Source: Clostridia bacterium
Lineage (GTDB): Bacteria > Bacillota > Clostridia > Oscillospirales > Acutalibacteraceae
DNA: 53,968 nt
Direction: 5' to 3'
Assembly (NCBI GenBank): GCA_017439765.1
Contig: JAFSIN010000056.1
Location: 1-53,968 of the forward strand
In this document: piece after piece, positions 9,109 through 16,892 of the stretch
How the letters are laid out: each line of letters opens with the position of its first letter
Position numbering within the stretch: the stretch's first letter is position 1
Notes under the pieces: model-generated
What the model was told of the DNA's origin: nothing
Seen by the model: the letters and a program-made list of their open reading frames with translations, nothing else
Databases searched by the model: none
Program-made: the position numbers and the translations under genes

Positions 9109-9846
9109 TATTGTTAAACCGCCATCTACACAAATTGTTTGGCCGGTAATATAACCAGCAAAGTCCGATGCTAAAAACTCTGCAGTCTTAACAATTTCAA
9201 TGGTGTTTCCAATTCTTTGAATGGGCAGGGAATCGGTAAATTCTTTGAGTTCATCGGTGGTTAAATGTGAATTCATTTGCGTATCAATTATACCCGGTGC
9301 AATACAATTTACTGTGATTCCGCTGGGGCCAACCTCTTTAGCAAGAGCTTTTGTAAGGCCTATTACACCGGCCTTTGCGGCAGAATAATGCACTTCACAA
9401 GAAGCTCCCGTAACTCCCCAAGCCGAAGAAATATTAATTATACGGCCAAATTTGTTGTTTATCATGGTTGGCAGTACTGCCTGCGTACAATTAAAAACAC
9501 CGGTTAAATTAACGTTTATCATATTGTTCCATTCATTTTCTGAAATATCTGTAAACAAATTTTGAGAAGATATACCTGCATTGTTTATTAAAATATCAAC
9601 CGAGCCAAACTTATATAATGCTTCTTTAATAAGTAAATCGGCCTCTAATTTATTTGCTACATTTGCTTTTTGCGCCATTACTGAACAACCATTTTGCGCC
9701 AAAGAATTTCTTAGCAGCAGGGCAGACTCGGCCGACATATTATAGTTAATAACAACATTATAACCTTTTTCGGCAAAGTATATTGCCATATGTGCGCCAA
9801 TACCTTTTGAGGCACCTGTTATAACAACGGTTTTTTTAGAATCCAT
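9106..9846 (-). CDS. Short-chain dehydrogenase/reductase, FabG-like 3-oxoacyl-ACP reductase family
   Basis: 246 aa. TGASKGIG cofactor motif, NNAG, and the S...YSAAK catalytic triad. Confidence 0.85.
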   Translation of the reverse strand: MDSKKTVVITGASKGIGAHMAIYFAEKGYNVVINYNMSAESALLLRNSLAQNGCSVMAQKANVANKLEADLLIKEALYKFGSVDILINNAGISSQNLFTDISENEWNNMINVNLTGVFNCTQAVLPTMINNKFGRIINISSAWGVTGASCEVHYSAAKAGVIGLTKALAKEVGPSGITVNCIAPGIIDTQMNSHLTTDELKEFTDSLPIQRIGNTIEIVKTAEFLASDFAGYITGQTICVDGGLTI

Positions 9847-10010
9847 AATTTTATCATCCTTTATTTATTACTGAAAAAAATTATAACATAATTTAATAAA
9901 TTTTTCAATTAAAATTACTATTTATGGGTTTACATAAAGAGGCGATAACAATATATTGTATGGTTTACATAATAAGTTTACATAACTTTTTAAATATAAA
10001 AATATTTTGG

Positions 10011-10038
10011 TTGACATAATTTCAAAATCGTGTATAAT
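10011..10038 (+). promoter_or_regulatory. Strong sigma-A type promoter (TTGACA, 16-nt spacer, TATAAT)
   Basis: TTGACA at 10011-10016 and TATAAT at 10033-10038, immediately preceded by TG. The -35 is repeat copy 4. Confidence 0.6.
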
Positions 10039-10044
10039 ATAGAT

Positions 10045-10100
10045 ATAGCAAGTTTTTTACTGAATTTTAATTAAAAAATCGCACAAACGTGTGGTTTTTT
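10045..10100 (+). ncRNA. Candidate short transcript (about 55 nt) or attenuated leader upstream of spoIIM
   Basis: Runs from the promoter above to an A6-stem-U6 hairpin: AAAAAAUCGCAC-AAAC-GUGUGGUUUUUU (10073-10100, 12 pairs including 2 G-U). No ORF inside. Confidence 0.2.
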
Positions 10101-10231
10101 ATTTTTGCTATAAGGTTACATAATACTTGTTATTACACCATATATTGAATAAAAAATTTTATTAATTCTAAATGTTGTATTTAGTAATATCTTGTCCTTT
10201 GAATTCATATGTTTTATTGGAGGAATAAGAT

Positions 10232-10861
10232 ATGAAAAGAACAACTGTAATAAATTTAAGGAATTCTAAATTTTTAAATTCTGTAAAAGGTAATTATTTA
10301 GTTATAATTTTTGCTATTGTTTTTATAATTGGTTTAACTTTGGGAACCTTTTGGGTAGCAAAAAATTCAACCATTCAAAATATTGCCTTAGAAGAATTTA
10401 ATGTTTTTAAAACCGTCAGGCAAAACAATAAAATTTTTAAGGTTTTTTTAATATCGATTTTTGATGTTTTACCATTTGCATTAATTGTTTTTTTGTGTGG
10501 AACATCTTTTATAGGTATTGCCTTAACACCTCTTGTAATTTGTTTTTTTGGTTTTAAATTTGGTGTGTTTTCAGGCTTTTTATATATGAATTTTATGCTT
10601 AAAGGCATTGCTTTTAATGCTTTATTATTAATTCCAACCATGCTTTTTTGTGCTATTGCTTTATTCATTTTAGGCCGAAACGCATTTAGTTTTTCGCTTT
10701 TATTAGCAAGAATTTCTTTACCCGGTGGTCAGGCGGTTAATTTATATAATTTTTTTCAAAATTATTGTAAAAAATTTTTATTAATTTTTATATTATTTAT
10801 TTTATCAGCAATAATTGATGCCGTTATGTCGGTTTCGTTTATAAGATTTTTTGATATTTAA
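10232..10861 (+). CDS. spoIIM: Stage II sporulation protein M (SpoIIM)
   Basis: 209 aa, 5-6 TM membrane protein of SpoIIM size and topology. GGAGGA SD. Adjacent to xerD, echoing the spoIIM-fur-ripX neighbourhood of B. subtilis. Confidence 0.7.
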   Translation: MKRTTVINLRNSKFLNSVKGNYLVIIFAIVFIIGLTLGTFWVAKNSTIQNIALEEFNVFKTVRQNNKIFKVFLISIFDVLPFALIVFLCGTSFIGIALTPLVICFFGFKFGVFSGFLYMNFMLKGIAFNALLLIPTMLFCAIALFILGRNAFSFSLLLARISLPGGQAVNLYNFFQNYCKKFLLIFILFILSAIIDAVMSVSFIRFFDI

Positions 10862-10874
10862 AGGATGTGAAAGA

Positions 10875-11762
10875 ATGAACGGTTTTGTTAATGAGTTTAA
10901 AAATTACTTAATAAATGAAAAAAAATCATCGGCAAATACCGTTGAGTCTTACAACCGCGATATTGAAAAGTTTTTAAATTATTGTAATTTAACTAATCTT
11001 AAAATTATTTCAAATATTAACCCCGATTTTATTAAAAAATATTCTTCATATATGTTAAACTCTGGTCAAAGTGAAGCAAGCGTTGCCAGAACATATGCTT
11101 CTTTAAGATGTTATTTTAAATTTTTAAATAACATAGGTGTTATTGAAAATAACCCAATGAAAAATATTTCAAGCAACCATACAACAAAAAAATTACCCGA
11201 AATTTTAACCAATAAAGAAGTGCTTAAATTGCTTAACCAACCCGATGGCAATGATTTTAAAAGTTGCCGTGATAAAGCAATGTTAGAACTTTTGTATGCA
11301 ACCGGAATTAAGGTTTCCGAACTAATTTCTTTAAAGGTTTCGGACATTAATTTAAACATTGGTTTGTTACATATGCATTCGCCAAAAAACGAACGAATTA
11401 TTCCAATTTACCCCGAGGCAGTTAAATGTATTTCTAAATACATTAACAATGTTAGGAGCGTTATGGTTACTAACGCTGATGTTGAGTTTCTATTTACCAA
11501 TATGAATGGACAACCCATGACTCGCCAAGGTTTTTGGAAAATTATTAAACAATATGCCGCTTTAGCAAAAATTAAAAAGGATATTACTCCTCATACATTA
11601 AGGCATTCTTTTGCAGCACATTTATTAGAAAACGGAGCACAACTTACCGACATTAAAGAAATGTTAGGTCATGCAGATATTTCTTCAACACAGGTTTATG
11701 CCCAAATAATGAAAAATAAATATGTTTCTGCTTACAAAAAATTTCACCCAATGGCAAGGTAA
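10875..11762 (+). CDS. xerD: Site-specific tyrosine recombinase XerD
   Basis: N-terminal SAM-like core-binding domain. Catalytic R...HxxR...LGH...Y (LRHSFAAHLLENGAQLTDIKEMLGHADISSTQVYAQI) and a C-terminal ..KKFHPMAR like RipX/XerD. ATG 10875 preferred over the track start 10851. Confidence 0.88.
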   Translation: MNGFVNEFKNYLINEKKSSANTVESYNRDIEKFLNYCNLTNLKIISNINPDFIKKYSSYMLNSGQSEASVARTYASLRCYFKFLNNIGVIENNPMKNISSNHTTKKLPEILTNKEVLKLLNQPDGNDFKSCRDKAMLELLYATGIKVSELISLKVSDINLNIGLLHMHSPKNERIIPIYPEAVKCISKYINNVRSVMVTNADVEFLFTNMNGQPMTRQGFWKIIKQYAALAKIKKDITPHTLRHSFAAHLLENGAQLTDIKEMLGHADISSTQVYAQIMKNKYVSAYKKFHPMAR

Positions 11763-11799
11763 AGGCTTGAAGATTTGTTAAATCCTCAAGCCTTTTTTT
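11763..11799. terminator. Bidirectional terminator between xerD and the convergent small gene
   Basis: GGCTTGA (11764-11770) / TCAAGCC (11786-11792) followed by T7. Confidence 0.8.
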
Positions 11800-12058
11800 A
11801 ATCGAACTGCATAATAATTTTTTTAATATAATTATTTTTAAAAAGTGCAGTGCTTAATTTTTCTGTTGGCAGTTTTATAACTATATAGTCATCGCCGACA
11901 TTAATTAACTGCCCATAAATTTCTTTTATGTTGTTTTGGGTATCATACTCTATTAAAACTTTTCTGCCAATATGTTTTTTTAAAAAATGTGGTATAAAAT
12001 TTTGTGTGATTTTTTCGGCAGGTTTTATAACATTATTTTTATTATTTTGGTTATACAT
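11798..12058 (-). CDS. Small hypothetical protein, GerQ/Sm-like spore-protein pattern (tentative)
   Basis: 86 aa. HIGRKVLIEY....IKEIYGQLINVGDDYIVIK....ALFKNNYIKKI resembles the C-terminal module of GerQ-type coat proteins. GGGGTGA SD. Sigma-K-like promoter upstream. Confidence 0.4.
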   Translation of the reverse strand: MYNQNNKNNVIKPAEKITQNFIPHFLKKHIGRKVLIEYDTQNNIKEIYGQLINVGDDYIVIKLPTEKLSTALFKNNYIKKIIMQFD

Positions 12059-12073
12059 AATTTCACCCCATAT

Positions 12074-12101
12074 TAATTTATGAAATTATGAATAAAAATG
12101 T
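12074..12101 (-). promoter_or_regulatory. Sigma-K-like promoter (AC, 17-nt spacer, CATAAATTA) for the small GerQ-like gene
   Basis: Minus strand reads AC (12101-12100), 17 nt, CATAAATTA (12082-12074). This matches the AC / CATA---TA pattern of mother-cell late promoters. Confidence 0.3.
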
Positions 12102-12102
12102 T

Positions 12103-12131
12103 AAAGCAGCAGTTTTCACTGCTGCTTTTTT
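12103..12131 (-). terminator. Terminator hairpin after potD
   Basis: AGCAGCAG (12105-12112) / CTGCTGCT (12119-12126). On the minus strand it is followed by UUUAACAUUUUUAUU. Confidence 0.6.
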
Positions 12132-13230
12132 AATGAAGTTTAACATCTATCCAAAGGTTTTCGTAATAAAGTCTGATTTCGTTGTTAATATCGGTAAAAT
12201 ATTGAGTTTTTGGTAAATCAATGTCAGAAGGATATAAGATTTCGTTCTGGTAGTAATAATATTCTGGATTATTAACTACTGCAGTATTTGGAGAAGCATA
12301 ACCAATATATTCGGCATTGGCTAATGCAATGTCTGGCTCTAATAAAAAATTAATAAAGAGCATTGCTGCTTCGTAATTTTTAGCAGATTTTGGAATACAA
12401 ACGGCATCCACAAAAATATTAGTTCCTTCTTTTGGGTAACAAAAAGCCAAAGATTCATTTGTTTCATACATGGTTAGATAATCGCCGGCGTAATAAGGGG
12501 CAATTGCTGCTTCGCCGGTTTCCATTTTGCCGTAAACTTCATCCATTACATATGACTGTAAAAGAGGTTTTTGTTTAATTAAAAGTTCTTTAGATTTATC
12601 CCAATCGGATTTGTTTAAAGAGTTGATGTCTTGCCCTAACATAAATTGAGCAATTGCAAAAGCATCACGGGGGTTGTTAAACATTAAAATATTATTGCTG
12701 TATTTTTCATCCCACAAGGCCGACCAACTGTCTAACTCTTCAGTAACAATGTCGGTATTATAAATTAACCCCACCAAACCCACGCTGTATGGAACGGTAT
12801 ATTCGTTTTTCTCATCGTAAAAAATGCCTTTATATTTTTCATCTATTAAATTATAGTTTGTAAGATATGAAAAATCTAATTTTTGAAGCATATTTTCATT
12901 TTTAAGACGTTCTATCATATAGTCGGATGGAATTATAATATCGTAAGAAACACCGCCGTTTTTAAGTTGGGAATACATGGTTTCGTTGCTGTCGAATGTG
13001 GAGTAATTAACGGTAATGCCGGTGGCTTTTTCAAACTCTTTAATTGTGTCAAGGCTGCCTTCGCTGCCATCGGAAATATATTCGCCCCAGTTATATACAT
13101 TTAAAACCTTGTTTTGAATGTTGTTGGTATAATCACCAATAAGGTTTAAATCAAAATATTCATAACCACAGCCGCTAAACAAACAAGCAATTATTAAAAC
13201 AATAAATAAAACAGATAATAATTTTTTCAT
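12130..13230 (-). CDS. potD: Spermidine/putrescine ABC transporter substrate-binding lipoprotein PotD
   Basis: 366 aa. Lipobox LFSGC. PotD-family sequence and the last position of the potABCD order. Confidence 0.9.
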   Translation of the reverse strand: MKKLLSVLFIVLIIACLFSGCGYEYFDLNLIGDYTNNIQNKVLNVYNWGEYISDGSEGSLDTIKEFEKATGITVNYSTFDSNETMYSQLKNGGVSYDIIIPSDYMIERLKNENMLQKLDFSYLTNYNLIDEKYKGIFYDEKNEYTVPYSVGLVGLIYNTDIVTEELDSWSALWDEKYSNNILMFNNPRDAFAIAQFMLGQDINSLNKSDWDKSKELLIKQKPLLQSYVMDEVYGKMETGEAAIAPYYAGDYLTMYETNESLAFCYPKEGTNIFVDAVCIPKSAKNYEAAMLFINFLLEPDIALANAEYIGYASPNTAVVNNPEYYYYQNEILYPSDIDLPKTQYFTDINNEIRLYYENLWIDVKLH

Positions 13231-14030
13231 ATTTTTGCGGCCTCCTTAACGGAGCTTTTATTTTGTACGGTATTATATAATATTAAAAGTACAAAAATTA
13301 CAACAAAAATTATTGTAGAAAGTGCGTAAGCGTCGGGCGTAACGGTTTTTTTGGTCATATTGTAAATAACAATAGGGAGAGTTTGGTAATGGCCGCAGGT
13401 AAAATAACTGATTACAAAATCGTCAAGGGAAAGGGTAAAGGCCATTATAAAACCACTAAAAATGCCCGATGAAATTGATGGTAAAACTGCTTTAAAAAAG
13501 GCTTGCAAAGGGGTGCAGCCAAGGTCTAAAGCGGCTTCAGAAAGGCTTGAGTCGGTTTGTTTTAGTTTTGGCATAACAGATAAAATAACATATGGTAAAT
13601 TAAAGGTTATGTGTGCAACTAAAACGGTAATAAAACCTAAGGATTCGTGTAAACCTAACAGTTTGCCAAAAAACACAAATAAAAGCATTAAAGAAATACC
13701 GGTAACGATGTCGGCATTCATAAGCGGAATGTTGGTGGCCGACATTACTAAACTTTTGGTAACTTTTTTTCTTAATGCCAAAATTCCAACCGAAGCAGCA
13801 GTGCCAACTACGGTAGAAATTATGGCCGATAAAACAGCAATTATTATTGTGTGTTTTAAGGCGTTAAGCATTGAGGTGTTAAATAATAATTCTTTATACC
13901 AATCGAGAGAAAAGTTTTCAAATACCCAAACACTGCCTGAAGAATTAAATGAAAATAAAACCATAACTGCAATGGGGGCATATAAAAACAAAAGAATAAG
14001 AGCAATGTAAATTTTTGAAAATATTTTCAT
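13227..14030 (-). CDS. potC: Spermidine/putrescine ABC transporter permease PotC
   Basis: 267 aa, 6 TM, EAA-loop (SEAALDLGCTPLQAFFKAVLP). 4-nt overlaps with both neighbours. Confidence 0.9.
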   Translation of the reverse strand: MKIFSKIYIALILLFLYAPIAVMVLFSFNSSGSVWVFENFSLDWYKELLFNTSMLNALKHTIIIAVLSAIISTVVGTAASVGILALRKKVTKSLVMSATNIPLMNADIVTGISLMLLFVFFGKLLGLHESLGFITVLVAHITFNLPYVILSVMPKLKQTDSSLSEAALDLGCTPLQAFFKAVLPSISSGIFSGFIMAFTLSLDDFVISYFTCGHYQTLPIVIYNMTKKTVTPDAYALSTIIFVVIFVLLILYNTVQNKSSVKEAAKI

Positions 14031-14854
14031 ATTATAACGCCCTCCTCATCGCCTTCGGAAAAGCGGTTCATAACGGCCATACACAATAATATTAGCACCA
14101 TAAGCACTAAAGATATTGCAGAGGCAACATTATAAAAATCGGGACCTAAATTAAACAGGTATTCAATGGCATCACCAACAAACATAGTTTTGTTGCCGCC
14201 TAATTTTTGAGTTATATAAAATGTGCTGACCGATGGCACAAATACCATAGTAATGCCTGAGGCAACGCCCGGTAAGGAAAGAGGGAATATAACTCTGCGC
14301 AGTTTTTGTAAAGAATTACAACCTAAATCATCTGCTGCTTCTAACATAGATTTATCAATTTTAGACAATACAGTATAAATTGGTAAAACCATGTATGGTA
14401 AAAAGTCATACACCATACCTAAAATAACGGCACCGGGGGTGTTAATTAACTGCAAGGGGCCCAAACCTAATTTTCCTAAAAAAGTATTAATAATGCCGGT
14501 ATTTGCTAAAATTGTTATCCAAGAATATGTGCGAATTAAGAAGTTCATCCACATTGGGAAAACAACAAGCAATAATATTAAGCGCTGTGAGCTGATTTTA
14601 ATTTTTGTCATAAAATAGGCAAGGGGATAAGCAATAATAAATGTAATTATCGTTGAAATTAAGGCATATAAAATTGAAAGTCCAAATGCCTTTTTAAACC
14701 TGCCTAATTGCATAATATTAGCGAGCGTAAACACACCGTTAACATCGGTGAATGTATAATAAATCATCATAAATAACGGCACAATTATAAAAATTGCCGC
14801 CCAAACATAATACGGTGCAGCAACTAAACGGCTGCCAAATCTTTTTTTGTTCAA
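14027..14854 (-). CDS. potB: Spermidine/putrescine ABC transporter permease PotB
   Basis: 275 aa, 6 TM, EAA-loop ([21 protein letters not shown]). Confidence 0.9.
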   Translation of the reverse strand: MNKKRFGSRLVAAPYYVWAAIFIIVPLFMMIYYTFTDVNGVFTLANIMQLGRFKKAFGLSILYALISTIITFIIAYPLAYFMTKIKISSQRLILLLVVFPMWMNFLIRTYSWITILANTGIINTFLGKLGLGPLQLINTPGAVILGMVYDFLPYMVLPIYTVLSKIDKSMLEAADDLGCNSLQKLRRVIFPLSLPGVASGITMVFVPSVSTFYITQKLGGNKTMFVGDAIEYLFNLGPDFYNVASAISLVLMVLILLCMAVMNRFSEGDEEGVII

Positions 14855-15975
14855 TTTTCATCCTCCTCGATAATATCGGAAAGATGCTCAATTTCTTCAC
14901 TATATGAGCTATAATCGCCGTATTTGCCGGAATATTCAGATTTTTTCATAACATGAATAGCATCGGGTTCAATGAAAAGGCCAACCTTATCGCCAACATT
15001 TTGGCCGTCGGTTGTTTGAATCATCCATTTAAAGCCGCCAATATCAACAATAATTTCATAGTGAACACCCAAAAATTTAATGGATGTAACAACGCCTTGG
15101 AGCATGCCTTTTTCGGGTTCAACAATGTCAACATCTTCTGGTCTTACTACTATATCAACACTTTCGTTTTTTTCAAAACCTTTATCAAGGCATTTAAATT
15201 TAGCACCTGAAAACTCGGCTAAATAGTCATCAAGCATAATGCCGTCCAAAATATTAGATTCACCAATAAAATCGGCTACAAAGGCATTTTTGGGCTCGTT
15301 ATAAATGTCTTGCGGGGTGCCAACCTGCTGAATTTTACCGCTGTCCATAACAACAACTTTATCCGATATTGCCAAGGCTTCTTCTTGGTCGTGAGTAACA
15401 AAAATAAAGGTAATTCCTAATTTTTGTTGTATTTTTTTTAGTTCGGTTTGCATATCTTTACGCAACTTTAAATCAAGCGCTGCTAAAGGTTCATCAAGCA
15501 ATAATACTTTTGGGTGGTTTGCAATTGCCCTTGCAATAGCCACGCGTTGTTGTTGACCACCCGAAAGGGTATCAACTCGGCGTTTTTCAAGGCCTGTTAG
15601 GTTAACAAGTTCTAACATTTCTTTAACCTTAAGGCTAATTTCGTTTTCTTTTAATTTTTTAATCCTTAAACCAAAGGCAATGTTTTCGTAAACGTTAAGG
15701 TGAGGGAAAAGAGCATAACGCTGAAAAATGGTATTAACCTGGCGTTTATAGGCAGGAATACCATTTATTTTTTTACCTTCAAACAAAACGTCTCCTTGGT
15801 CCGGTTCTACAAACCCTGCAATAATTCTGAGTGTTGTTGTTTTACCACAACCCGAAGGGCCAAGCAAAGTTATAAATTCTTTGTCTTGAATTTCTAAACT
15901 CAGGTTGTCTAAAACCTTTTCGCTGTCGAATGAAACCGAAATGTTTTTAAGTTCTACAATATTATTTTTTAACAT
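14851..15975 (-). CDS. potA: Spermidine/putrescine import ATPase PotA
   Basis: 374 aa. Walker [10 protein letters not shown], signature LSGGQQQR, Walker B LLLDEP, TOBE-like C-terminal domain followed by an acidic tail. Confidence 0.93.
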   Translation of the reverse strand: MLKNNIVELKNISVSFDSEKVLDNLSLEIQDKEFITLLGPSGCGKTTTLRIIAGFVEPDQGDVLFEGKKINGIPAYKRQVNTIFQRYALFPHLNVYENIAFGLRIKKLKENEISLKVKEMLELVNLTGLEKRRVDTLSGGQQQRVAIARAIANHPKVLLLDEPLAALDLKLRKDMQTELKKIQQKLGITFIFVTHDQEEALAISDKVVVMDSGKIQQVGTPQDIYNEPKNAFVADFIGESNILDGIMLDDYLAEFSGAKFKCLDKGFEKNESVDIVVRPEDVDIVEPEKGMLQGVVTSIKFLGVHYEIIVDIGGFKWMIQTTDGQNVGDKVGLFIEPDAIHVMKKSEYSGKYGDYSSYSEEIEHLSDIIEEDEN

Positions 15976-16135
15976 TTAAGCATCCCCCTTTGCGGACACA
16001 TAGTGTCACACTAAGCTTTTCAGCTCTGTGCGATACCCGTAATTTTTCCGGATTGCCTCCTCCGCAAAGAGTTTTAGCTATTTTAAAGCGGCAACCATGA
16101 AATTACATTCAACACAGATGCTATAAATTTATAGA
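15976..16135 (-). promoter_or_regulatory. Structured 5' leader of potABCD with anti-SD pairing (candidate riboswitch or other cis-regulator, class not recognised)
   Basis: See the findings entry for this region. It has a long-range closing helix, internal hairpins, and 11-position complementarity between 16071-16061 and the SD-overlapping 15996-15986. Confidence 0.4.
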
Positions 16136-16139
16136 ATTA

Positions 16140-16168
16140 AATATAGACTAAAACCGCTAAAATGTCAA
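16140..16168 (-). promoter_or_regulatory. Sigma-A type promoter of potABCD
   Basis: Minus strand reads TTGACA (16168-16163), 17-nt spacer, TATATT (16145-16140). Confidence 0.65.
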
Positions 16169-16226
16169 CACTTTTTAAATAATTTTGGTAATTTTTTATT
16201 AATAAAGCAGTATAATATTTTATTAC

Positions 16227-16286
16227 CTCGTTTTTACTCGTTTTTTCTTGAATTTTCTCACTTTTACTCACTTTTTGTTTTTTTGA
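16227..16286. repeat. Six T-tracts phased at exactly 10 bp (predicted intrinsic DNA curvature) between the divergent pot and ruv promoters
   Basis: CTCGTTTTTA CTCGTTTTTT CTTGAATTTT CTCACTTTTA CTCACTTTTT GTTTTTTTGA, read in register from 16227. Confidence 0.8.
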
Positions 16287-16325
16287 AATTTTAATAATAA
16301 AAAATGGAAATTTTATTAAAAAATA

Positions 16326-16354
16326 TTGCCCTAATAATAAAATTATGGTATAAT
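16326..16354 (+). promoter_or_regulatory. Sigma-A type promoter of ruvCAB (extended -10)
   Basis: TTGCCC (16326-16331), 17-nt spacer ending in TGg, TATAAT (16349-16354). Confidence 0.55.
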
Positions 16355-16385
16355 AATCCTATTAAAATAGGATAGGTATGGTTAT

Positions 16386-16892
16386 TTGAAAATTTTAGGA
16401 ATAGACCCCGGTTATGCAATAATTGGTTATGGTGTTATTGAATCAGATTCTATTAAATTTAAACCACTGGAATACGGCGCTGTTACAACACCCGCTAAAA
16501 CCGAGTTTTGCTTAAGACTTAACCAAATTTATAACGGAATTACCGCAATAATTCAAAAATACAACCCCGAAGCTTTGGCTATTGAAAAATTGTTTTTTAA
16601 TACCAATACTGCCACGGCAATTGATGTTGCACAGGCAAGGGGGGTAATTTTACTTGCTGCTGCAAAATCAAATGTTCCGGTTTACGAATATACGCCGTTA
16701 CAGGTTAAACAATCGGTTACGGGTTATGGCCGAGCCGAAAAAAAACAGGTAATGGAAATGGTTAGAAGCCTTCTGAATTTAAAGGCTGTTCCTAAACCAG
16801 ACGACACTGCCGATGCCTTAGCTTTGGCTGTTTGCCATGCTAATTACGCAGCTTCCTCTTTTGGAAAAATTTATTTGGAGGGTAAAATATGA
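16386..16892 (+). CDS. ruvC: Holliday junction resolvase RuvC
   Basis: 168 aa, TTG start. ILGIDPG and DAADALA catalytic motifs. Followed by ruvA and ruvB. Confidence 0.93.
   Translation: MKILGIDPGYAIIGYGVIESDSIKFKPLEYGAVTTPAKTEFCLRLNQIYNGITAIIQKYNPEALAIEKLFFNTNTATAIDVAQARGVILLAAAKSNVPVYEYTPLQVKQSVTGYGRAEKKQVMEMVRSLLNLKAVPKPDDTADALALAVCHANYAASSFGKIYLEGKI

Larger units (their letters stand above)
9927..10123 (+). repeat. Five direct copies of GGTT(T/G)ACATAA in the SDR/spoIIM intergenic region
   Basis: GGTTTACATAA at 9927-9937 and 9962-9972; AGTTTACATAA at 9975-9985; GGTTGACATAA at 10009-10019; GGTTACATAA at 10114-10123; a degenerate TATAACATAA at 9882-9891. Confidence 0.85.

Noticed and set aside
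10190-10215. Possible sigma-E promoter (ATATC ... CATATGTT) for spoIIM. Similar sigma-E-like matches occur upstream of yqfC (about 1825-1865) and spoIVA (GTCATATT at 37862-37869).
   Set aside because: Only one of the two promoter elements matches in each case, or the predicted start would fall on the SD. In DNA this AT-rich such partial matches are expected by chance.
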